A stretch of 60,564 bases of DNA, the filler included. It is 6 parts of 6 records of this genome, joined end to end, with 100 filler letters (N's around TTAATTAATTAA, not from the genome) between each part and the next. Parts side by side here need not be neighbours in the genome. Positions count along the whole stretch, not along the records: positions 23,189 to 36,922 come from SRR31156797_39072; positions 37,023 to 50,513 come from SRR31156797_39090; 4 more parts are not named here. One strand, given 5' to 3'. Shown in pieces: positions 28,085 to 37,030 of the stretch (the first letter of the stretch is position 1; each line of letters opens with the position of its first letter). The position numbers and the translations under genes were made by a program. Under the pieces are notes generated by a model that was given only the letters and a program-made list of their open reading frames with translations, searched no databases and was not told the DNA's origin.

Positions 28085-29749
28085 ATGGAAGTCAGCGGTG
28101 CGAAATTGGTTATTAAGCTCTTGGAACAACAGGGAATTGACATTGTATGTGGTATTCCCGGCGGTTCCAACCTGCCCATCTATGATGCCTTAAGGGACAG
28201 CCCGATCAGGCATATCCTTGCCCGTCATGAGCAGGGCGCGGGATTTATGGCGCAGGGCATGGCCCGGACTACCGGGAAGGCTGCCGTATGTATGGGCACT
28301 TCCGGTCCCGGAGTAACCAATCTACTCACCGCCATTGCCGATGCAAGGCTTGATTCTATTCCCATGGTTGCCATCACCGGGCAGGTCACCAGCACCCTTA
28401 TCGGTACTGATGCTTTTCAGGAGGTTGATACCTACGGCCTGACCATTCCAATCACCAAGCATAATTTTTTGGTTCAGTCAGCAGCAGATCTGTTGGAAAT
28501 TATTCCTGAAGCGTTCAGGCTTGCGGAGTCCGGCAGGCCAGGTCCTGTCGTTGTTGATATCCCCAAGGATGTTCAGAAAGAAATTATCGAGATTTCCGAA
28601 ATCTCAAGTGCTGCTTTTCAGAAGCCGGAGATTGCTGAAGGAAATGGGGAGCTGATCGGGAAAGCCGTAAGCATGATTAACAAGGCTCGCAGGCCCATCA
28701 TTTACGCTGGGGGTGGGGTTGTTGCTGCTGATGCTTCTGCTGATCTGCTTAAGTTTGCGCGCAGGAATTCGATTCCGGTTGTAACCACACTTATGGGCCT
28801 TGGCGCGTTTCCCCATGGAGATCCTAATTATCTGGGTATGCTCGGTATGCATGGTTCTCGTTCCACCAATATGGTTATGGAGGAAGCTGACTTGATCATT
28901 GCGCTGGGCGTTCGCTTTGATGACCGGGCGGTTGGTAAAGCCTGCGAATTCTGCAAACATGCTGATATCTTGCATATTGATATCGATCGTTCTGAAATAG
29001 GCAAAATCAAGTCTTCCAACCTTTCCATTGTTGGGGATGTTGGACATGTTCTGCACGAACTGGTTGAAAAGGTTGAAGCTTCCATCAGGATCGGATGGAG
29101 TGCTCGTATTGCTTCTATTCGCATGATGTATCCGGAAGTGCGTCCTGATGAGCAGGATACTTTCCATCCGCTTAATTTGATCCGGGTAATGGGTGAAACT
29201 CTGCCTGATGATGCTATTATCACCACTGACGTAGGTCAGCACCAGATGTGGGTTGCTCAAGGTTATCCTTTCCGCAAGCCCCGGACCTTGCTGACTTCCG
29301 GTGGGTTGGGAACTATGGGGTTCGGACTGCCCAATGCTATTGGGGCAGCTTTGGCCAAGCCGGACAAAAAGGTTGTCTGTGTAAGTGGTGACGGTTCTTT
29401 TCTGATGAATATTCAAGAGCTTGCTACTCTTGCTGAACAGCGCTTGAATGTTAAGGTCCTGATTATGAATAACAACCGTTTGGGGTTGGTTCGTCAACAG
29501 CAGGAGTTGTTCTTTGAAGAGCGTTTCTTTGCTTCCTCTTTTGAGAGCAATCCCGATTTTGCGTCAATTGCCAGAGGATTCGGGCTTCCGGCATTTGACC
29601 TTGGGGAGCAGGAGAATCCGGAGCTGTTTCTGCGTAAGGTTCTGGGGCAGGATGGTCCGTGTGTAATTAATATTCCCATTAATTTTGAAAATAAGGTTTT
29701 CCCCATGGTTCCGCCTGAGTGCGCTAACAGGGAAATGATAGGAGGCTAG
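28085..29749 (+). CDS. ilvB: Acetolactate synthase large subunit
   Basis: GIPGG, RHEQGAGFMA, TSGPG, FQEVD, RFDDR, DVGQHQMW, GLGTMGFG and ThDP motif GDGS...NN. Confidence 0.95.
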   Translation: MEVSGAKLVIKLLEQQGIDIVCGIPGGSNLPIYDALRDSPIRHILARHEQGAGFMAQGMARTTGKAAVCMGTSGPGVTNLLTAIADARLDSIPMVAITGQVTSTLIGTDAFQEVDTYGLTIPITKHNFLVQSAADLLEIIPEAFRLAESGRPGPVVVDIPKDVQKEIIEISEISSAAFQKPEIAEGNGELIGKAVSMINKARRPIIYAGGGVVAADASADLLKFARRNSIPVVTTLMGLGAFPHGDPNYLGMLGMHGSRSTNMVMEEADLIIALGVRFDDRAVGKACEFCKHADILHIDIDRSEIGKIKSSNLSIVGDVGHVLHELVEKVEASIRIGWSARIASIRMMYPEVRPDEQDTFHPLNLIRVMGETLPDDAIITTDVGQHQMWVAQGYPFRKPRTLLTSGGLGTMGFGLPNAIGAALAKPDKKVVCVSGDGSFLMNIQELATLAEQRLNVKVLIMNNNRLGLVRQQQELFFEERFFASSFESNPDFASIARGFGLPAFDLGEQENPELFLRKVLGQDGPCVINIPINFENKVFPMVPPECANREMIGG

Positions 29750-29751
29750 TC

Positions 29752-30024
29752 ATGTGTAAGCATAATTTTGTTATCGATTTGCTGGTACGCAACCATGCCG
29801 GTGTTATGAGTCAGATTACCGGGCTTTTCTCCCGTCGTAATTTTAACCTTGAGGGAATTATCTGTGGTCCTGTGGGAGATGGGGGACAGAGTCGAATGAT
29901 TCTAACTGTTGCCGATGATAGCAAGCTTGAGCAGATCATGCTGCAGCTGGACAAGTTATACGATGTGTTGAAAGTGGAGCAGGTTGAGAGTCTGCCGCTT
30001 ACAGAGGCTCTCGGTCAGCTTTAA
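29752..30024 (+). CDS. ilvN: Acetolactate synthase small (ACT) subunit, short IlvN type
   Basis: VRNHAGVMSQITGLFSRRNFNLEGI and QLDKLYDV, 90 aa. Confidence 0.9.
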   Translation: MCKHNFVIDLLVRNHAGVMSQITGLFSRRNFNLEGIICGPVGDGGQSRMILTVADDSKLEQIMLQLDKLYDVLKVEQVESLPLTEALGQL

Positions 30025-30030
30025 TATGTT

Positions 30031-30066
30031 AAAAAAAACGAGGCCGGATATTCTCCGGCCTCGTTT
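30031..30066. terminator. Bidirectional terminator
   Basis: AAAAAAAACGAGGCCGGA-TATTC-TCCGGCCTCGTTT between convergent genes. Confidence 0.8.
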
Positions 30067-30982
30067 AATTATTAACTAAAAATTTATCACTATTGAGTAT
30101 TCTCCAATCCTTTGTGGCTTTACAGTAAAATCCGCCTTGGGTTAGTATTTTTTTTATTAACCCGTTTTCGCGCATTCTTTTGATGCCTTTTTGTAGAGCT
30201 TTAAAGATTCTTTCACCATCAGGATGATCTTTTGAGACTATAAAATGTCTACTTTCAGTCAATGAGAATTTGATTCCTTTAACGGGAACAAGAGTTATGT
30301 CATTTCGACTGACACTTAAATTTTTGGAATTATGAAAGCCAAGTGGAATCCAATCCGCGCGCCCTGCCTTGATCATTCTGAATAGACAGTCCATGGTGGG
30401 GCCTTTTTCAATTTCTTTTATCCCCAAATCATTCAATGTTTGACATTCGTTGGACCAGTGGATTCCAATTAAGGGTTTCCCGGCTTTTTTTAAGTCATCA
30501 ATTGTGCGGGCACTAAGGACTTTATGGTTACTGGGCAGGCAGAATATTCCTTTTTCAAATTCTCCGTCTTTAATGACCGGATCACTGACATATATTTTGT
30601 CTTTATATTTAGGCTGACCAATGGAACTTAGGTTGAAGAGGTGCGCGCTGACAACTGCATACCCTTTAAGCAGTTCATCTTCTTCACGTCTGACATTGGG
30701 CGTTTGCAGGAAATTCAGCTGTGCATCAATTCCACCCAGCTTGAGGGCATTTTTTAAGATCATTAGACTGGCAAGACATCTGGTTTTTATTTCCGGGGGA
30801 AGGCGTTTGTCAGGAAGTGGAACTGACTTAGCTGATTCAGGCAGGTTGTTATACTTTTCAACTGCGTTTTTTGTTGTGGCAACGGCAACAAGCAGTTTTT
30901 CCGCAGCTTGTGCTGGGAAAGAATAGGCGGCAGAGAGGAGAAAAGCTGCAGCAAGTATAAGGGGTGCGTAAGTTCTGCTCAT
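30065..30982 (-). CDS. Exported protein, periplasmic binding protein type II-like
   Basis: Signal peptide ending AQA-A. LFRMIKAGRADW and ALQKGIKRMRENG resemble family-3 SBPs. Start reassigned to ATG 30982. Confidence 0.6.
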   Translation of the reverse strand: MSRTYAPLILAAAFLLSAAYSFPAQAAEKLLVAVATTKNAVEKYNNLPESAKSVPLPDKRLPPEIKTRCLASLMILKNALKLGGIDAQLNFLQTPNVRREEDELLKGYAVVSAHLFNLSSIGQPKYKDKIYVSDPVIKDGEFEKGIFCLPSNHKVLSARTIDDLKKAGKPLIGIHWSNECQTLNDLGIKEIEKGPTMDCLFRMIKAGRADWIPLGFHNSKNLSVSRNDITLVPVKGIKFSLTESRHFIVSKDHPDGERIFKALQKGIKRMRENGLIKKILTQGGFYCKATKDWRILNSDKFLVNN

Positions 30983-31199
30983 TTGTATGAAGTTATTATG
31001 TTTTAATTCAGGCTTATTCGTTTTTTGCTTAATGTTGAAATAATTTAATTGATTTTGGTTTTGCACCAATGTCTCGTGATAATCAAGTGTTAAATGTATA
31101 AAAATGACCACAGTCGTAAATTTAATTAATAATATTCGACTTTAACATAAAATTACTATTCGGTCTATTTTGATATAATAGGTTGGTGTGGGTATAAAT

Positions 31200-31787
31200 T
31201 TATTGCAGGATTAGGATTTTTACATTGTCTAAGGCCCAGAATTCTGTCTTTCTTCCCGTCAAAAAGCCTTTAAATCTGATTTTGATGCTGCCATCTTTTA
31301 TGCTTGATGCAGGTATTTTTACAGTGATGGGTTTAATCCAGTATGCACGGTCTTTCGGGCCGACTTTTATAAAACCATCATTGCCTAAGGGACGCGAATC
31401 ATCATTATCAATGAGCGTGCAGGGGAATTGGGTCATGTTTAGTAACTCATGTCCATCTACTACTGAAATGATGAATTTGTCTGCGAGTTTCCCTTCATTG
31501 TCCCAACTGCCAACGAACACCATATCAAAGCTCAGTTCTAAATCGTTTTCTGACGTCAGTTCTTTTAGTTGCAGGGTTACTTCAGCGGGGAAGCGTTTGT
31601 TGCGGTTATTAAATAGACCCAGCCTACGGTTCTCATCGACAACAAATGTTTTGCGGGGAGACCAGTCCTTGGAGGCTTTTTTCTTATCAAAAGAATAGTT
31701 CTTAAGAATGGTTTGGTTTGCGGATACAGGGAAGGAACAGCAAAAGATACAGCTGAAAAGAGTGAGCAGCAAAAGTTGTTTTTTCAC
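31200..31787 (-). CDS. Hypothetical exported beta-sandwich protein
   Basis: GTG start behind AAGGAG, signal peptide, LSFD..VGSWD and C-terminal EFWALDNVKI (lectin-like jelly-roll pattern). Confidence 0.6.
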   Translation of the reverse strand: MKKQLLLLTLFSCIFCCSFPVSANQTILKNYSFDKKKASKDWSPRKTFVVDENRRLGLFNNRNKRFPAEVTLQLKELTSENDLELSFDMVFVGSWDNEGKLADKFIISVVDGHELLNMTQFPCTLIDNDDSRPLGNDGFIKVGPKDRAYWIKPITVKIPASSIKDGSIKIRFKGFLTGRKTEFWALDNVKILILQ

Positions 31788-31791
31788 GCAA

Positions 31792-33222
31792 CTACTCCTT
31801 GTTCCAGTTTTCAAATGTAGGGGGAGTGCTGACACAGGCAAAAAGTTGTTTCCATTCGCATACGGCTGTCAGTTCCACTCCGCGTTGAATTATTGAAACA
31901 GGTTTGTCTGCTGAAACAACGATAACGATCAAGTTGTCATATTTAGCGGTAAATCTCAGGGCGGAGTTAAAGCGTGCTCCTCTGGCCCGGTTTTCTCCAG
32001 ATACGGCTTTTCCATCCAGAAGGCATGCAAAACCGTGCAGCTTCAGATCCTTACAGATGTGGACCGCTCCATCCAGTTTGGTCAATGAACGGGCAAGGCC
32101 ACGTATCTCCGGTTCGCGCAGGTCCAGCGGTTCTTCAATAGTTTGTCCGGCTATAGATACCGGTTCATCGTTAAAGTCGAGCACCAGTGTGCAGCCGTGG
32201 CTGCGGTGATTCGCTGTGGTGATCATCTGGATTACCAGTTGAAAAAGGCTGTGCCGGGTGTCTGCACTAAGGTCCAATTCCAGAAGATATTCTTCAAGAT
32301 GGACAAGGTTCGGTTTGTAGTTGGTGGAAGAAAATTTAGCGTCCGCAAAGCTGCATACAGCTTCAGTGCCGAGATAAACCAGTCCCCAGTCTCCCTTGAA
32401 CTGCACGGAGATAGAGTTGTTTGTAGGTGGCATAGAGGCGATTCCGACTATACACTTACCGTCAGAAACGAGTTTACGGCTGGAGCTTTCTACGGATTGG
32501 AGAAGTTTGCGCACATGTTTGTGGTTTTTAAGGGAAGGCCTTTCGTTTTCCGGGAATTTGGCCATGTATTCGATCGAATCAAGTTCCGAAGGTTCAATAA
32601 AAATCAGTTCGCCTCGAGCCCATGCGCCTTCTTCACGGGTTTTGGAAATTCCCAGTACTGCGTCCAGTATGGGGTAAACCCTAAGCTGTGTATCCCAGCC
32701 CATGATGCGGTTACGTTGGTCTACAATGTAATCGCGCACAGCGTGAGTTGAGTATTCGCGCAACAGGTGACCGGAGCTGTCTATACGCAAAATATTTTGG
32801 GTGGCAAAATCTTGCGAGAGCAGCAGGGCGGCGTATTCCATCCAGCTTTCAGTCGGACCGATGGAACACATGTCCGGGTGTTGCTCGGTAAACCAGCATT
32901 GGTAGAAGATACTACTGGAGCGGGCACTGCAGGTGATCAACCCTGCAAGTGCAAGATCCTTTGAGCGGACAACTTCTATCAGTCTGGTGTTGTCGTCATG
33001 ATTGCCGCCTTTACGCCAGTCCTTTGAGTCAAGATAATACTCCTTGAGTTTGGGCTGGTGCTCCCGGAGCAGGTCCTGAGGATCATAGATACGCAGTGGA
33101 TCATCAGGAGTCACTGCATAAATCAGGGCTGTCCGGCTATTGGATGAAAAGTGTGAAAGTCCGTCCCGCAGTCCGTCCATAATGTGAAAAATACACAGGT
33201 TGGCAAATGATTCTGAGCTCAT
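31792..33222 (-). CDS. DisA_N / diadenylate cyclase domain protein with N-terminal sensor-like region
   Basis: C-terminal GCTLVL...LDGAV...RGARFNSA...IVVSAD matches the DAC fold. The RHR motif is replaced by RFN. Confidence 0.8.
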   Translation of the reverse strand: MSSESFANLCIFHIMDGLRDGLSHFSSNSRTALIYAVTPDDPLRIYDPQDLLREHQPKLKEYYLDSKDWRKGGNHDDNTRLIEVVRSKDLALAGLITCSARSSSIFYQCWFTEQHPDMCSIGPTESWMEYAALLLSQDFATQNILRIDSSGHLLREYSTHAVRDYIVDQRNRIMGWDTQLRVYPILDAVLGISKTREEGAWARGELIFIEPSELDSIEYMAKFPENERPSLKNHKHVRKLLQSVESSSRKLVSDGKCIVGIASMPPTNNSISVQFKGDWGLVYLGTEAVCSFADAKFSSTNYKPNLVHLEEYLLELDLSADTRHSLFQLVIQMITTANHRSHGCTLVLDFNDEPVSIAGQTIEEPLDLREPEIRGLARSLTKLDGAVHICKDLKLHGFACLLDGKAVSGENRARGARFNSALRFTAKYDNLIVIVVSADKPVSIIQRGVELTAVCEWKQLFACVSTPPTFENWNKE

Positions 33223-33292
33223 AGAATAATCCGCTGTTGAAGTTCAGGATAAGGCGCATGTTATCTTAATTGCCTCCTGTTTCCAACAGGAA

Positions 33293-35221
33293 TTACTTCG
33301 TTTTTTTCTTCCTTGTGAAGCTTTTTCCTTTTTCGTTGCGGTTATAATTTTTAGATTTGCCGTTTCTCTTACCGGCGCTGTGATCATGTTCCGGCTTTCT
33401 ACCTTTTTTCCCTTTGGAGGCTGAAGGGGGGCGGTTGTCGGTAGATGGTTTGTTTTTGCCCTGCTTTCCTCCTTGTCTGCCCGCCCGAGGGTCTCGTCCC
33501 GGGTCAGGAATGAGGATGCGGTGCTGTTTCAGGCGTTGTGCGTCTGTTTTAGCTACGTAAATCTTATTACCCGCAGGATCGGTTTCGCAATAGAACATGG
33601 CTGTGGCAACAGTCCCCGGAGTGGGAATAAAACACTGAACCTGACGAGGCTTCCATCCTCTTGCGGTCAGCCATGAGGCTAGATGGCGCATATCGTCATC
33701 CGTGCAGCCGGGAAAAGCGCTCATCAGGTAGGGGATGACGTATTGCTCTTTGCCCGCTTTTTTTGATTCTGCAGCAAACATTTCCAGAAAGCTCTCAAAT
33801 ATGGGCAGGTCCGGTTTGCGCATATGTTTGAGTACGGAAGGGGCAATGTGTTCCGGGGCGACTTTCAACTGTCCGCCGACGAATTCCTTGAAAATATCTT
33901 TCAGGCTGGTCTTATCCTTTTGGCCCAAGTCGTAGCGCACACCGCTGGCAACCCGCACATGTTTGATGCCGTCCATTTTCTGCGCGTCACGCAAAAGTTT
34001 GAGGTTGGCTTTCTGGTCATATTTGAAATTGGGGCAGACCTTGGGCACAAGGCAGCTTTTGCGTTTGCATTTACCACGCTCAAGTGTGCAGTTCGCATTC
34101 CACATGTTGGCACTGGGGCCGCCGATATCGGAAACTGAGCCTCGGAAATCCGGGTGTTCCTGCATGCGCTTAAGCTCATTCATGATTGACTTTCTGCTTC
34201 TGGAGCGGATGTGTCTTCCCTGATGCATGGCAATTGAGCAAAAGGAGCAGCCTCCACCGCAACCACGGTGGGAGGTGATGCTGAATTCGATCATATCAGC
34301 TGCCGGAATGCGGCCCTTCTTTTTATAGATAGGGTGTGGCAATCGGGCGTAGGGCAGGCTGTAGAGCCAGTCCAGTTCCTCGGTGGAAAGATGTTTTGCT
34401 GGAGGGGTGAGCACAACATGCCGTTTATCAACCGGCTGGATGGCCCAAGAATCCCCGAAGTGGACCTGTTCTTCAAGGGCCAGAGTAGCAGTCATCAGCT
34501 GCCGGGATTCATCAACGATCTCCTGATGAGAGGGCAGTTCTATCAGCTTTGCATCGGGGGTCACATCTTCCGGGGAGCCCATGAAAGCCGTGCCGGGAAT
34601 GCCTTTTAAAGCGCCGGAGGATTGTTCTTCTGACTCGGAAAGACGGATGGCCGCTTCAAGCATGGCCCGTTCTCCCATGCCGTAGACCAGCAGGTCGGCT
34701 TTGCTGTCCATTTGGATGGGCTTGCGGATTTTATCGGTCCAGAAATCGTAATGGGAAATTCGCCTGAGAGAAGCTTCAATGCCCCCGATGATTACCGGGA
34801 GACCCTTGAAGGCTTTTTTAATCAGGTTGGTATAAATAAGACAGGCCCGATTCGGGCGAGCACCGGCTTTGCCGCCGGGAGTATAGGCATCATCGCTTCT
34901 TTTTTTGCGGAAAGATGTATAATGGGCGACCATGGAATCCAGCGCTCCGGCGGATACTCCGGCATAAAGGCGGGGGCGTCCCAGTTCTTCCAGCGCCTTG
35001 GGGTCATTCCAGTCCGGTTGACAGATTATGGCTACTTTGAAGCCGTGTGCGGAAAGGACTCGTCCCAGCAGGGGGATGCCAAAGCTGGGGTGGTCGATAT
35101 AGCTGTCACCGGAAATAAGAATGATGTCCGGTCTGTCCCAGCCCAGCTTGTCCATTTCCTTTCTGGTCATGGGCAGAAATTTAGGCTGGGGCTGTTTTTT
35201 TGCGATAATGCTTTTTGTCAT
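33293..35221 (-). CDS. ygiQ: YgiQ-family radical SAM protein
   Basis: FLPMTRKEM, GDSYIDHPSFG, GGIEASLRR, CGGGCSFC and LKVAPEH, with a basic low-complexity tail. Confidence 0.92.
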   Translation of the reverse strand: MTKSIIAKKQPQPKFLPMTRKEMDKLGWDRPDIILISGDSYIDHPSFGIPLLGRVLSAHGFKVAIICQPDWNDPKALEELGRPRLYAGVSAGALDSMVAHYTSFRKKRSDDAYTPGGKAGARPNRACLIYTNLIKKAFKGLPVIIGGIEASLRRISHYDFWTDKIRKPIQMDSKADLLVYGMGERAMLEAAIRLSESEEQSSGALKGIPGTAFMGSPEDVTPDAKLIELPSHQEIVDESRQLMTATLALEEQVHFGDSWAIQPVDKRHVVLTPPAKHLSTEELDWLYSLPYARLPHPIYKKKGRIPAADMIEFSITSHRGCGGGCSFCSIAMHQGRHIRSRSRKSIMNELKRMQEHPDFRGSVSDIGGPSANMWNANCTLERGKCKRKSCLVPKVCPNFKYDQKANLKLLRDAQKMDGIKHVRVASGVRYDLGQKDKTSLKDIFKEFVGGQLKVAPEHIAPSVLKHMRKPDLPIFESFLEMFAAESKKAGKEQYVIPYLMSAFPGCTDDDMRHLASWLTARGWKPRQVQCFIPTPGTVATAMFYCETDPAGNKIYVAKTDAQRLKQHRILIPDPGRDPRAGRQGGKQGKNKPSTDNRPPSASKGKKGRKPEHDHSAGKRNGKSKNYNRNEKGKSFTRKKKTK

Positions 35222-35315
35222 GGGGCATACATATAGCCGAACCCCGTAGCTGGCAAGGAACTAAATGCGTTATTTCAAGAGTAGTTTAAGGTTAAATCAG
35301 TTAAAACAGCATGTG

Positions 35316-35344
35316 TTGACCCGGAGGAGGTCGACAGGTAAAAT
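35316..35344 (+). promoter_or_regulatory. Sigma70-type promoter for thiD
   Basis: TTGACC-N17-TAAAAT about 40 nt before the ATG, with RBS AAGGAGG. Confidence 0.6.
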
Positions 35345-35382
35345 CATTAAATCAAATTTTAAAAATTGCCCAAGGAGGCATA

Positions 35383-36744
35383 ATGAAACCGCTTCCATGC
35401 GTTTTGACTATTGCAGGTTCTGATTCCGGCGGGGGGGCTGGGATTCAGGCCGACCTTAAAGCTATTTCCATGGCCGGGTGTTACGGTGCCAGCGCTATTA
35501 CAGCGCTTACCGCACAGAACACAACCGGAGTAACCGGAATTGAAGCTGTCTCTCCTGAGTTTGTAGCCCTCCAGATTGAAACGGTTTGCAGTGATATTGA
35601 AGTAAGAGCCGCTAAAACCGGGATGCTTTTCTCTGCTCCCATTATCAGAGCGGTTGGCGAAACGTTGAAGGGTAAGGATTTCCCGTTGGTCATCGATCCG
35701 GTATGTGTGGCTACCAGCGGAGCTAAGCTGCTTAAAGATGATGCAGTGGAGGCCATGAAGGAAATTTTTCCGCTGGCAGAGCTGCTTACTCCCAATGTGC
35801 CAGAAGCTGAACTTTTTACCGGTATGGAAATTAAGAGTCGCGAAGATATATTCAAGGCAATTGAAATCCTGCTAGAAATGGGACCCAAAGCCGTACTAGT
35901 AAAGGGCGGGCATTTCGATTCAGTAGCCGCAACTGACTGGCTGGGTATTAAAGGGCAGCAGCCTATCCCTCTCATGCAGCAAAGGGTAAAAACGAAGAAC
36001 AGTCATGGCACCGGATGTACTCTTTCCGCTACTATAGCTTCCGGGCTGGCAAAAGGGTATGATATGGTAACTGCCGTGCGCAAGGCTCAGGAATATCTGA
36101 ACCTTGCCTTGCGGGCCGGATTTGACATCGGGGAGGGTAGTGGACCGCCCAACCATCTTGCGCCCATGCTGATTGAAGAAATGAAGCAGGGAATTCTATC
36201 GGATTTGCACGAATTCGGGCTACGGCTTGAATGCATGCAGGGGTTGAATGAATTGATACCTGAAGTGCGTATGAATATAGGTGCTGCTCTGCCTCATGCT
36301 GGAGACATCGATGATGTGGCTGCGTTCAGCGGCAGGATTTCCTGCACCCGCAAAGGTGAAGTCATGGTCTGCGGACATCCCGAGTTCGGGGCCTCCAGCC
36401 ATATTGCCAAAGTTTTACTTTGTGCACGCAAATCAAATCCTCAAGTAGGGTGTGCCGCCGGGCTAAGGCTCAATGAACGGATTATAGCTTCTGTTGCTGA
36501 GTGCGGATTTGTTGAAGCGTGGTTCGACCGGGCAGACGAACCGGGAGAAGTTCCCGGAACTGAAGAGAATACCCTTGAGTGGGGTACTTGCAAGGCCATG
36601 TCCGAACATCCCGAGCCGGAGATGGTTGATGTAGTTTGTGATTCCGGAGCAAAGGGCATAGAACCCTGTCTACGCATACTTGCAAAGGATTTCGACGAGA
36701 TGGAAGCAAAGCTTAAAAAGCTGCTTGCTGCCATGTCCGGCTGA
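35383..36744 (+). CDS. thiD: HMP/HMP-P kinase ThiD fused to a ThiN-like thiamine-phosphate synthase domain
   Basis: IAGSDSGGGAGIQAD, TPNVPEA, KGGH and HGTGCT, then LIPEVRMN, FGASSHIA, FDRADEP and GIEP (ThiN-like). Confidence 0.88.
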   Translation: MKPLPCVLTIAGSDSGGGAGIQADLKAISMAGCYGASAITALTAQNTTGVTGIEAVSPEFVALQIETVCSDIEVRAAKTGMLFSAPIIRAVGETLKGKDFPLVIDPVCVATSGAKLLKDDAVEAMKEIFPLAELLTPNVPEAELFTGMEIKSREDIFKAIEILLEMGPKAVLVKGGHFDSVAATDWLGIKGQQPIPLMQQRVKTKNSHGTGCTLSATIASGLAKGYDMVTAVRKAQEYLNLALRAGFDIGEGSGPPNHLAPMLIEEMKQGILSDLHEFGLRLECMQGLNELIPEVRMNIGAALPHAGDIDDVAAFSGRISCTRKGEVMVCGHPEFGASSHIAKVLLCARKSNPQVGCAAGLRLNERIIASVAECGFVEAWFDRADEPGEVPGTEENTLEWGTCKAMSEHPEPEMVDVVCDSGAKGIEPCLRILAKDFDEMEAKLKKLLAAMSG

Positions 36745-36783
36745 TAGAAGTTGCCGTTTCTATAGAATTATTTGAGATTTTTG

Positions 36784-36812
36784 TTGACAAGCAGTAGTAC
36801 TGCTTATATTAA
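36784..36812 (+). promoter_or_regulatory. Sigma70-type promoter of the tRNA gene, with an inverted repeat in the spacer
   Basis: TTGACA-N17-TATTAA. AAGCAGTA-G-TACTGCTT spans 36789-36805. Confidence 0.55.
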
Positions 36813-36895
36813 CGCAACGGCTGCACGGGACAGAGCCCTTGTTTGGTTTAATCCATAAGGAGCAATGTCCAATAAATAGCCCATAATATTTGGTT

Positions 36896-36922
36896 GCGAG
36901 AGTGGCGGAATTGGTAGACGCA
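36896..36922 (+). tRNA. tRNA-Leu, 5' part only (cut by the gap)
   Basis: GCGAGAGTGGCGGAATTGGTAGACGCA is the acceptor strand plus a D-arm typical of tRNA-Leu. The anticodon is not visible. Confidence 0.8.
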
Positions 36923-37022
36923 NNNNNNNNNNNNNNNNNNNNNNNNNNNNNNNNNNNNNNNNNNNNTTAATTAATTAANNNNNNNNNNNNNNNNNNNNNN
37001 NNNNNNNNNNNNNNNNNNNNNN
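36923..37022. other. Artificial contig spacer
   Basis: N44-TTAATTAATTAA-N44. Confidence 0.99.
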
Positions 37023-37030
37023 CGAAGACT

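Noticed and set aside
36856-36878. RBS plus tiny ORF (MSNK) in the tRNA leader
   Set aside because: Four codons with no supporting feature. Probably chance.
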